From Eledone cirrhosa (taxonomy: Eukaryota): a stretch of 64,000 nt of DNA. The position numbers and the translations under genes were made by a program. The notes beneath the pieces were generated by a model that saw only the letters and a list, made by a program, of their open reading frames with translations, made no database searches and was not told the origin of the DNA. The stretch lies in the NCBI GenBank assembly GCA_964016885.1, contig OZ024740.1, positions 147,870,001 through 147,934,000 of the forward strand. Reading direction: 5' to 3'. Below are positions 51,944 through 64,000 of the stretch, piece after piece. The stretch's first letter is position 1, and every line of letters begins with the position of its first letter.

Positions 51944-53082
51944 TTCATGTTTGTTTATGTGTGTGTGTATGTTTGTATGTGTATCATTAGTACTTTTTCT
52001 GCCATCACCCACTATTTATTAAAGAAACAATACTACTAATGCTTGTTTTTTTTAGTATTATTCCTTTAACCTTTAAGATCATGCAATGATTTAGCAGAAA
52101 ATATCTAAAAACGGGTTTGTTAATTCAAATGTTTATAATATCGTTATTAATGGACAGATTATTGTGAAAATTTGCAGTGTTAAAGTAAAAACATAAGGTT
52201 TTAATGTGATTCAGTCATAATGCTGTTGGGTAGTTTTCAAGAAGTTTTTGCTAATGCTGTTACATGTGGTACAGGACTTTAAGAGTTAATATATAATGGG
52301 AGATTTCAAAAAAAATACACAGCCAGAAAAAATGTTTTTGGGTATCCAGTTACATCCCTTTATATCCCGAGTTCAGATTTTACTAGAACTAACTTGGTCT
52401 TTTATCTTTCCGAGATCTATAAGTAATACAAATTTCATCAACTATACCCTCTCCATAAAATATATGATCTATGGAAAACTCATATTTTTAACATAAAAAA
52501 TTTTATTTGCTTCATTATTAATGTCCATTATATAATTATACATGCATATACATATGGATATTACTAGCATAATTATGAACCCATATTGTCCTTGATATAC
52601 AGATATTTACTTAGTTGGTCCACCTATGTATGCATATATTTTATACACCACGCTGGATTAGTAAGGATAAACTCCACTTACTAACAGGTGAATATTATTT
52701 TTTAAAAATACTTTCTAAGAAACTCTCTATTGCTTGTCTTAATTTATTAAGAAGTTCAATATTGTTTCTTGATTCTAGAAACTGCAGTCGGGGAACAGAT
52801 GTAAGTGAAGCTTGTATTAGTTAGCTTTACTAGTACTCTACCCGTCAGTGACTTTGCATAAGTTATTCTATATTTATATGCTTCTCCGATTTAAATACAT
52901 TTTAGCTATCTTTTCATTGAGATGTTCAGTATGTTGGTGACAAACTTCTGTGAGATATATATATATGTGTGAATATATATATATATATAACGATATAAAG
53001 ATATTAGTGTTGCTATTGTTATATATTGGGCTCTACACATGAACGTTTACAAATAAACATTATTGTGATGTATACACACACA

Positions 53083-53113
<31 letters not shown>

Positions 53114-55877
53114 AGCTGATCTTTCAGACTTTTACAAAGCGCTAAGAAGATGAGGTTAATATAAAGAATGATTGCTCATGTGCAAGATGCTATAAAAAAG
53201 CTTATAAAATAGGGTGAAATCCCTTAAAGACTGAAGTTTCAATACTTTAGTTAATTAATCCATGATGTGACCAGATGTACTTATATACAAATGTTCAAAA
53301 GCAGTGCCTCTTATTGCTCATATGTATTTATGCATTACTCTCTCTTTCTTTCTCTCTCTCTCTGTATGTGTGTGTGGTCTACATCCAAAAGTCATTTGCC
53401 ACTCATCTGTCTGATGGTCCAAGTGTACATCTTCACAACATTATTATTATTAGTCAGTTGTGAGATAGTAGAGGTATTCCATTCATGACAATTGTTTCTT
53501 TAGTTTAACAAGAAAATCTCCAGTTGAATCAAATGCATTACTCTAAACTATGGAACATGCATCTTATTCAAGTGTTGTTTCCTATTAATACTCTTTATGC
53601 ATGCATGCATCTATGTGTGTGTATGTGTGTGTGTGTATGTAATGATGTATGCATGTAAACACACGTGTATGTTTCTTTGTGTGGTTGTATATAAATATAT
53701 GCATTATCAAACATTATCATCATCTTGATTTAATATCTGTTTCTTCCAAAATAAACATGTAATGGCTAAATATAGAACAACAGATCTCACAGCACTTTAA
53801 ATTACAGTAAAAAGATATATATGATGAAAAAATGTAACATTACAATTTAATTTAGATTAAAAACAAAATTTATTTAGGAAACTGTTTCACCTAAAATTTT
53901 GTTTTTTATTTATTTGATCTTAGTTATATATTTGTTTGAATGTGTTAAGCATTGTGATGACATTGTGTCTGAATTTAGCTTATTTTACAGTCTTTTTAAC
54001 CCATTCCTTACCATATTTCTTATGAAATCCACTATATTTCAACTAATTTATGAAGAATTTGGATGGATTTACTCAACATTAATTATTTTATCATTAAAAT
54101 GGTATCTGTAGCATAAAAAAATTATGCTGGCAGATTTTAATTTAGATAGGAAGATTTTAAAATGGGTGGGCTAATATCATAGAAGCAGAGGCAGTTTTGG
54201 CCAGGTTGGCTTCAATATAGCTTAATTTTTTTTTTCAAACATTTCAGAAATCTGTTGCTTTATTAGGTTTCCCTATGGATCTCCACTAGATATGAATACA
54301 AGTAAATAAATGACTCCTGGATCATATGCAACACATTGAAAGTCAATGCTTAGCTTCTATTTTATAGTATGAAACAGAGGGGAGGTACATCTCTCTCTAG
54401 AATGGTTGCCAGTCCATCACAAGTAATAATATACTTCAATGATTTGATACATATTCTAGAAAATCTAGGTAAACTGAGGCAGTATAGCACTAAGAAACAC
54501 AATAAGAATTAAGAGTATTATAACAAACCTTCTGATTAGCATGCTTGTGTTTGAAACAGCTTGACAAAAGTTCTTACATAAAATCATGTTGGAAGTTTTT
54601 TTAGATAAATATAAACACTTTAAAACACACAGCAATATATAGGGGCAGTTTCAAGCAGTTTGATATCAAAAGGGTTAATGCCTTATCTACTTGACCATCT
54701 GACATATAAAATCTCACCTATCTTCTTGAAAAGAGGACACTTTGAATAATGTAACCAGATATATATGGTACCAAGGAGAATGATAGGATGAATGGATAAA
54801 ATGCTTTTCCAAATATTCAAAGAAGAAAATTCTTAAGATATAAATATGTATCTCTTACACCTACTGAGATTTGATGCTAATTCTTAACATCCAGCATTTA
54901 TTTAGTAGAAAATATCTAAAACTTGATTTATTAATTCAAATGTTTATACCATCTTTACTAGTAGACTTGTGATTTTGAACATTTCCAGTAAACTAAAGAC
55001 TTGAATTTTTAATGTGATGCTGTCATAGTTCTGTTTTGTACTTTTCAAGAATGTATTGCTAATGAGATACATGGCATTAAAAGTGAAATTAAACTGAAAC
55101 AGTTCTTAAAGACCAGAGAAATTTGGAAACTAACAAGTTTATTTCCATGTAAATTGTCCATTAAAGATAATAATTCATATAAATTATTCTTATATTTCCT
55201 ATTCAGTGTTTCTATACTTTTGGTAATGTTTATTTGAAAAATCTATAATTAATCAAGATTTTGCTTATATGGTAACATAACAAATCTGGGTCCCATTTTG
55301 TCTAGATCATATACAATGTACTGCTAATTCCATAAAATAACTAGTTTATGTGTGTTACTATCCCACTATGCATTTTCTGAAAACTTCAAAATAACAAATA
55401 AAGAAATTTTATAGAATTATATCCACTATTCAATTATACTAATATTCTTTTAAATTCAACCTTATTCAATTACTTCTTCTAAAACAGTTTAAACCCATAC
55501 ATGCTTTAGAAATAGACATGTTCTCTGGGTGGAACATTTGGAATTTTACTCTGAAGTTTAAAGGTACTTCAAAATTAAGAGAAAATTTACCAGTATTCTG
55601 AGTTCTATATAAAGTAACTAAGAATGTAATGATTGACAGCATCTATTATTTCTGTATTCTAACTAACTGTGATACATGAGGTATGATTATTTAGATTTTA
55701 AATAAAACTTAAGTAAACCAAAGAAAATCATTAATCTACGTATTATACACATTAATGAAAAAAAGCGTAATAAAATCAACAACACCAAGTTGATGTCAAT
55801 ATATTTTCATGAAAATATTCAAGACAAAAAATGCAAAAAAAGAGAAACAAATCATAAGAAAATACAAGAACACCTAC

Positions 55878-56031
55878 GAAAGGCTCAGTGGTCCAAGTTG
55901 CATATTGGCAACTAGGATAGCAGGCATATTGGTTAGAATCACATGAGTAAGGCCAGTTGTGGTGGCACCCTGGTTGGTTATAGTAGTAGTTGTAACCATA
56001 GTCATGAGTACTATGGTTCACCATCATACCA
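55878..56031 (-). CDS. Candidate alternative first or cassette exon of the MITF-like gene (Tyr/Cys/His/Asn-rich peptide)
   Basis: GC-richer island with a pyrimidine tract and AAG acceptor at 56032, ATGATG at 56027 and a phase-0 donor TTC|GTAGGT at 55877, in frame with exon 33728-33988. Encodes MMVNHSTHDYGYNYYYNQPGCHHNWPYSCDSNQYACYPSCQYATWTTEPF. No homology recognised. Confidence 0.45.
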
Positions 56032-56633
56032 CTTGAGGGAAGAGTGTGAGGGTAAGAAATGGTAAAATATAATATCCTCTTGTAGAAAATGGTAACAAAT
56101 TATATCCTTATGCTTATTTATCACATATATTTTGAGTATCTAGTTCAGGAAGACGTAGAGGCAATGTATAAATTTGAGTATATACAAAAGGAATTAAAAC
56201 AAACTTTTAAGTAAATGTTTAAGTTCCAATCTTAAAATTGATTTGTTGCTACTTTTTTTGTGCTCCTGTTGTTTAGATTATTTTCTTTGCTTTTTATTTT
56301 GGTAATCAGTGTTTTAATGGGGACAGATATTTATCCCATAAAATTTCCTGGTATTGAAAGACTGATGTTCATAAAATAAAGTGTTCTTTCAAAAGAGAAT
56401 ACAACAACAGTTTGTGTAAACAACTTGTAGCGTTCATTTTGGAAACTTCCAGAAAATGGAAGATTACCATTGGATGTAATGAATCTTTCCATGAGCTTTT
56501 TTTCATCCAGATATTTATGTGTCAAATCACGAACTGGTCATTTTGTAATTAGTTGTAATTCCAAATATTTTTTTAAATCCCTAAAGTCTTCATTGGTGGT
56601 TTGGGACAAAATACTATACATCCACATGCATAT

Positions 56634-56669
<36 letters not shown>

Positions 56670-56897
56670 CACTAAACCTTTAACAAATGATCAAAATTTA
56701 GAAGTCCTTAAATAAAACGTGTTTCTAGTGCAATTTATGTAGTGTGTGTATTATAACTACAGTATAGTTCTCTTTTTGTTGTTCTGGAAACTACTGTTGT
56801 TAAGTTATTGTTCTCCTAGTTATTTACACAAGCTAGTCTCATTTTATTCTGACTCAAAGTTTTTTGTTATCGTTCTTTTCATTTATATATTTATTTA

Positions 56898-56934
<37 letters not shown>

Positions 56935-58899
56935 GCGTATATGAGACAGTAAAATTTTAATATGAACATATAGCCTTTTACATGATATTAAGATAATGAC
57001 TAGATTTAAGCTAATCTAGGAGTGGGCAGGGCAAAAAATAAGGCTGACAGACTGGAATAAGCAATAATAATGTGCTGTTTGCTGAAGCTATTGTGTTCAA
57101 ACAGCTTAGGTGTGGGGTTAATTATACCAATTGAAAAGAATTCAGTAAAACCTGGAAGGACATAAATGTGAAAATCTCTTGATTAAAGCCAGAGATATGA
57201 CTGAATGGGTGGAGTTAAATCAAATGGGAGGAGCTGTTAAAATAGAAGTGGGCAAGAAAGAAGTCAGAAGTTCATGGTGAAAAGAAAACTAGTGAAGATG
57301 ACTATGAAAATAGAGCTTGTAGCATGGATACTGTTGAATTTGACAGTAGAGGTAGTTTTTTAGTAACTTTTATTCTACTTTTTGTTAATATCTTTTTATA
57401 TTTCATAAAGCTGTGTTTTAAAGAGAAAGCTGTTCATCCACTTGTTCACTTCGTTTGCATAAATTAATGAACCAAACATTTTCAACTCACTAACAATATC
57501 CTGATAAAGTGGATAGGATTGGTAGAATCATTATAGCATCAGACACGTTGCTTGGTAGTATTTGCCCAGACTCTATGTTTTGAGTTCAAATCCCATTGAA
57601 GTCAGCTTTGCTCTTCATCCTTCTGGTACCAATAAAATAACATACCAGTCCTGTACTGGGCTCAATTTAATCAACTAGTCCCTCTTTACAAATTTATGCT
57701 TAAGTTAAAAATCAATTATATTCACCATCACATTGATGATTGTGGTGGTGCAATTATTGGTTCTGTTCTATAATGGTTGTAATTCTAATGATAAGAATAG
57801 TAAAAATCATAATAATCACATCCTACTGGTATAGTATGGATTTATAAAAATCTACATGGTTTGTCACAGTCATTTAAAAATATGGAGCCTCAGATAGGTA
57901 GCCTTTAAACTGGTATTAAAAAATCACATACCATACAAAATTCAAGAAAACACATGACATGAAGTTCAAGACATAAGTCATAGCACAATTTCACACCATG
58001 AAGTGCAGAAAACATGAAATATTACAGTTAGTTCAAATCATAAAATATATTACAATATTACAAAGTTGCAGACCTACCCCATGAGGATTCAATATGTGCA
58101 AAGCATGAAACAATATAAGTTCAGGATATAAAATATCATATAAGATACATAACAAAACTCTATATACACTTTACATGACACAAGATATGGAAAATTAAAG
58201 AATGTTTAAGATAATCAAGACCAGAAGATACATTCTCTAAGACTTGAAAAGGAAAACATTTCAAAAAATTAAAAAAAGATAAGACCTATTATGTATGTTT
58301 GTATGGTCCCAAAACTCCCGATAGACTCATAAGGGCACTGTATTGACATACAGTATTTCTTGGGCATTTTAAGTTTGGCAGAACCCATTCCTCTCCCGAC
58401 CTGAGTACAGCAGATTTCTTCCAGAGAAAGATAGAAAGTGAGAGAGAGGAAATGAGAAAGAGATATAGAGGAAGAATCAACCCCAGTACTAGACTGGTAC
58501 TTTTTTTTTATTGACCTCAAAAGGATGAAAGGCAAAGTTGACCGTGGCAGGATTTGAACTCAGAGAGCCAGAACGACTACCATAAAGCATTCTATCTGAC
58601 GTTCTGATGACTCTGCCAATTTTCTTACCTTAAAACAGAACATTTCATGCTTTGCTAGAAACAAGTTACATCACACAGGGAATCAAACATGATTATAATG
58701 ATATCTAAATGGCTAATGTTGGTAATCTCTCAATAATAGAAACAATAAACTAAATTAAGAATATACATCATACTATATCCAAATATGCTAACCTACTACT
58801 CAAAGCAATAGAAAATTCAAGATATAAAATATGACTTCAAATTGTTTTAAAATATAGGTACCTCTTTTTTTATTCTTTTGTTTTTTATTTCATCAGTTT

Positions 58900-59780
58900 G
58901 GAGGAAAGGGGCTGCTTCAATGACATTTGAAGCATCATTGAAATCAATGAGATCAATGTAATTAATATTCCACTTGAACATTTTTATATTGATAGCTTTT
59001 TCAGGAAGATTATTCCAGAGGGACAACATTCTGAGGAGGAAGGATTGGGCATAGTGGTTAATGTTGAGTTTGAGGTAATGGACACAGTATGAATAAGAAG
59101 AAGAGAAAAAATAGGAGGTGGCATGAGACCAGCTAGTTTTGAGGCACAGAGGCCACTGTAGCAACAATAGAAAAAAGCATGTTTGTGTACCAGAAATTAG
59201 AATGTGTTGGTGAGCAACTTTATGCCAACTAGTCAAGTAGCCTTTCCTTGGGTGTTCTCACTGTATCTGTAGCACAATATCAGATGTCCAGCATTGTTGA
59301 GGGTTAGTAGAGGTAGGCTAAAATATTTTCTATCCCTGAAAAAGAAGGCCATCCTTTGTGCAGTTTTTACTATGTTCAGGATTTCAAGATGTCTGACTGG
59401 AAAGATCACCACTGAGTCTAGCAGATTAGCATAGTAAGGCTTAGCATTTGTACTGACTTTGAGATTTCTGGTTGTGTAGTATTCATATTTTGGGGATGGA
59501 TGCAATTTTGTTTTCTTATTATGTGTAGCAATTGTGTCTTTATGCTCTTCTATGAGATATTTTTAGATGTTTTCATCGAGCAAAATGTTAGCAAGACATA
59601 AAGGATAGCATCATCTGTATAGAAGTGGGTGTTGGAGGTATATGGCAAATGTCATTGATGCATAAAAGAAAGTGTAGGTGAACAAAAACTGACCTAAAGA
59701 CACCAGATTTGATAGAGTGTAGGTAAAATAGCTCTATTACCACACACTACAATGGTGCAATTTGACAAGCCATTAATCAA
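58900..59780 (-). mobile_element. Degraded CR1/L2-clade LINE 3' portion
   Basis: SGV..SV....FLLCIND, YTDDAIL and FLLRMLSLWNNLPE...FK. Confidence 0.65.
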
Positions 59781-61360
59781 AGAGATGATAGATTGATGGA
59801 GTCCATAAGAAGTAGCAATTCCTTGATAAAGAAGTAAAATATTATGATGAAGAGTAAAAATATCAGAGCTTGTTCATATAGTTCAATTTCAGTTACACAA
59901 ATCCTATTATATATTTTTTTACATATCCACATATAAGATAGCTCAAGACGGGTTTGGTTAAATTGAGTGCATATACCAGAAAGGCAATAAAGAAAGGAAG
60001 TTAATGGTTTCTGATTTAGGCACAAGGCCAACAATTTTTGGGGAAGGGAAAGTCATTTAAATCGACCAGTGTGTTACTGGTATTTATTTTATACTTTATT
60101 TTTATAAAGATGAAAGGCAAAGCTAACCTCGGTGGGATTTGAACACAGAACATAAAGTGCCATAACTCTAATACTGTCAATTAAATAATGATGCTATTCT
60201 AAATGAATGCTGTACATTTAAATTCATATTTACTTCATCCAAAGCAAAAGGATGGTATGTCTTCTAGGTAATAAACTTAAATTTAGTGGTAACTAATATC
60301 TAACCATATCAGTATGTAAACAAATTTATGGGTCAAAACATTGTATATCAGAATATATCAGTTGGTCAGTTACTAAATTCTCAGGCAGTATTGCAAGATT
60401 CAATTTCAAGTAATTTCATATGGAGTGTGATAAACTAATTGTTATATTTAAATGGGTTAGTCTTCTTAATAAGACATAATTAAAACAGCCCATAAACAGC
60501 CCCTTGAATAATGTGTAATCAGAAACATTATAATGTAGTCTTCTCTCATTATTGAAAATGATGCAGTAACAAGAAAATTAAAAGATGTTATTAAGAATAT
60601 GTTTGGTTATAAAGATTTGACAAACATCACAGAGAAAAGATATTTCAAGGGTTATTGATACTAAAATTGAATCCATTTTTTTTTCTTAAGTGCAGGCAAT
60701 TAATTGTGGTATTCATATTTTCTAGTAATCATTCATAGCAACTGAGTGTAAGACCCATGATCAATTTGTGTCATTCTACCTTAGATAGAGAATAACTACC
60801 AGGACTTCATTCAATAAATAGTTTACTGAAATAGATCAACATCCTGTCCAAAGAGGTATTTAACATATGCATAATACTTCTGAAGATTGAGAGAATCACT
60901 CACACTGTGAACCTTTGTAGAAGGATTAACAAGTATCAAGCATTGAAAGGAATGTGCATTGCAGTATCCTAGTCTGTTATGCTAAAAATTTGCTGTTTAA
61001 TGCATATGAGAAATATTACTAACTCTTTTATTGTCAGCAGTACCACTAATGTGATGAATGGCAGAATCAATACAGAGGTTGAAAAAATGTCACAATAATT
61101 AGTTATGTCTCTTTATATTTCTCTGTTCAAATCCCTTCAATGTTAACTTTGCTTCTCATCCTTCTGGAGTCAATAAATTGATTATATCAATGCAAGTTAA
61201 CTACTGGGATTAATATGTGTAGCCTTGAGCCTATGATAAAAATTGGGATAATTCTGTAAATCTCAGATTATTTTACTGAAAATAAGTTTCAAAGAGTATA
61301 TGCACTTCCTAATTTAAATATCTGTCTTCACCATCATTATTATTATTGGAAAATAATAAG

Positions 61361-61552
61361 GGCGGTGGATTGGCAGTATCGGTAGAGGGTCGGACGCCAT
61401 GCTTTCCAGCATAGTTACGTCCCTTTACGATCTGAGTTCAAATCCTGCCGAGGTTGACTTTGCCTTTCATCCTTACGGGGTCGATAAAATAAAGTACCAG
61501 TAATGAACTGGGTATTTGCTGGCCTTGTGCCTAAAGTAGAAACAATTATTAT
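61361..61552 (+). mobile_element. tRNA-derived SINE, family 1 (reference full-length copy)
   Basis: GGCGGTGGATTGGCAGTATCGGTAG...GAGTTCAAATCC...GCCTTTCATCCTTACGGGGTCGATAAAATAAAGTACCAG...(ATT)n, flanked by ATTATTATTATTGGAAAATA direct repeats. Older copies lie near 5620-5730, 6280-6600, 48150-48270, 57513-57720, 58480-58625, 60015-60180 and 61060-61240. Confidence 0.92.
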
Positions 61553-61812
61553 TATTGGAAAATAGTTAACTAAGATTAAGTTGAACAGAGAAATAAGCAA
61601 AATCAGCAAATGTAATCTGTTGTAGTTTTGTTTTATTAGCTATGATATATAATTTATTAGCTATGCTCTATGATTTATTAGCTATGCTATAAGTAATATC
61701 AAACAGAGATTGTAATCTAGAGAAATTCAGACATACAAACCCAAATAAAAACACAACACACAATCCAATAATTTGATACGTATATGTGCATAAGAGAAAG
61801 AAAGAGAAGGGA

Positions 61813-61847
<35 letters not shown>

Positions 61848-62324
61848 CATATGTTAATAAACCGGCATTTATATATGTAGAAAATAGTAATTAGCAAAAA
61901 CAATATAATTAACCAAGGGCAATAACCCAAAAGCAACTTTTTTCAGTTTAGAGAAGGAATGAAGATGCTAGATGGCTAACCACATGTTCGTAAACTGAAA
62001 GTGCAAAAGCCACTGTATTGTGTCACTTGAGTAGGGCACACAACTCTGTTTGCTCCAGTTTCAGTTGACAACAAATTGATTCCACTTCTATTCTATATAT
62101 CAATATAACAACTGCAAAAGCAGTATGTTATATAAAAGTGTAAATTAGGAAATTTGAAAAAAAATAAAGCATAAAAGGATTTTATTAAAAAGAATTGATA
62201 AACAATAGATATTGGAAATACTTTTTAAACTGTGACTATTTATGCTTTTTAAAAATAGACCATATGTAATATATTCATATGTGCATGGCCTACCTGTACT
62301 GTTTGTGTATGAGTATGTATGTAC

Positions 62325-62360
<36 letters not shown>

Positions 62361-62700
62361 CATATGTAATGAAACACTCATAGTCAGAACTGATAGAGAT
62401 CCAACAACAATATTTTGTATAGTTGTGTACATGTCACACCTTCATTTTGCATATATACTTGACTTAGTATGTGTATGTATTGAGATTTTACATGTTCAAT
62501 AGATAAGTTGCATTGCGATTTTCACTTATTTTTGTTGAAAAAGCTGCACCTTACACATGAGTATACACTATACACATAAACACACGTACATGGTGTGTGT
62601 GTGTGCATTTCAGTTTATGTGACAATCGGTATCTATCAATATGATTTTAAGTTAACAGTTGATAAGGTCGATGACCTGATGTATCAGCAGATGTTGATCT

Positions 62701-62767
<67 letters not shown>

Positions 62768-64000
62768 TTGCACGCACGTGTGTATGTGTGTGTGTTTGTG
62801 TTTGAACACAAGAGACTAATTTGTTAAGGTGCTAACACTAACTGACATTTATACTGATAAGTAATGAAGAACTAATGTTCCACAAAAGCAAGTCCCAGAC
62901 TCTGTAAACCATTAATATTAAAACAAGAACAATTACACTAACTTAACTACTTAAGTAAACATAACATAATCATTTATATGTAGACAACTTCAAAACAAGA
63001 AATATACTATTTTACTTACTGTTCAAATGTTACTGTGAAATAAGTTTCAAAAACCCTTGCTCATAAAAAATTAAAATTACATACATTTCTATCTAAATAA
63101 TTGAATAAAATACTTTTTGTAAAACAAAAAAATTGCAAATAGAAATTGTACAAATTCACAAAACAGGCCACACACATACGTGCATGTCTTTATACATACA
63201 CACATTTATACACATACACACACATTTATATATTGTTGATGAGACACCCACATGTCAACTATTTAACTTTTTAAAAGCCATTTTTTCTATATCTCTCCAA
63301 GGGAAGGGGACGTTATGACAAGTGTATGTAAAGTTTTTTGTCAATGTACAAATATGAAAACTTAGTTTCTATTAAAAAAAAATTCCATGAATATTCTCTC
63401 TATTGTCACTCAACACTGAAGAACAATACAATCTCTCATCAACTAATTGCTTACCGTTTCTCTCTGTGAAGTGTTTGCTTGATTTGTAGAATTGACTTCA
63501 TATAGCAGCAATAACATACTGTTAGGGCACAACAATATTTTGATTTTTACTTCTTTTACAGTTTTCTTTTCAGTATGTTTTCTTACCCAAGTCAATAATA
63601 ATTTCACTGTCAATAAATAATCAATTGTGCAAGACACAGAATAATTAATACATTCCTATTTTTGTCTTTTTCTTTTCTTTACTCATCCCATAATGAAAAT
63701 ATCAGGCTGGTTCCATTTAAAAAAAAACGAAAAAAAAAAACAAACTATATATAGAAGAAACCATTACAATTCTCACATAGTCTATTTACTTGGAAATGAT
63801 GTGTAAAATATAATAATTTCAGCAAACAATTGACTGTGATATAAAACTAGAAAGTATTCTGTCCAAAGGTACATTTTTCACAAAAACAAATAGGTTTGCC
63901 AAACCCACCCACCCAACTTACTCATAACTTAATTTCTCACTTTCTATCTCTTTCTTGTATGTGTGTGCGTGCAATGTATGATGTGTGTACATATATATAC

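Noticed and set aside
55939-55946. M-box TCACATGA suggesting autoregulation (others at about 4451 and 18781)
   Set aside because: A few such 8-mers are expected by chance in 64 kb, and they are not clustered.
56331-56525. 64-aa minus-strand ORF upstream of the candidate exon
   Set aside because: Non-ATG start, no homology recognised and no convincing splice pair; more likely UTR or intron.
61361-61450. tRNA-like A and B boxes
   Set aside because: These are SINE heads with expanded spacing and no cloverleaf, not tRNA genes.

Overview
AT-rich, microsatellite- and SINE-dense animal genomic DNA. The repeat families suggest an octopus-like cephalopod; this is inference, not a database match. The window holds the 3' part of one minus-strand MiT/TFE (MITF/TFEB-like) bHLH-ZIP gene. 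Six exons with GT-AG boundaries splice in frame (33728-33988, 26571-26675, 10070-10244, 7845-7920, 7039-7186, 5220-5483; 1029 nt = 342 aa + stop). No exon for the usual N-terminal Rag-binding segment was found. A frame-compatible Tyr/Cys/His-rich candidate exon lies at 55878-56031. The introns contain a deleted DD37D (maT) transposon, remnants of RTE, CR1/L2, R4/Dong-like and Penelope-like retroelements, two tRNA-derived SINE families and TTAA MITEs. The most striking non-coding feature is a near-perfect 307-bp inverted repeat (36433-37108). Each arm carries an intact type-I hammerhead ribozyme core and the spacer has a TATA box. Several degenerate hammerhead remnants occur elsewhere in the gene. 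All alignments and folds were done by eye.
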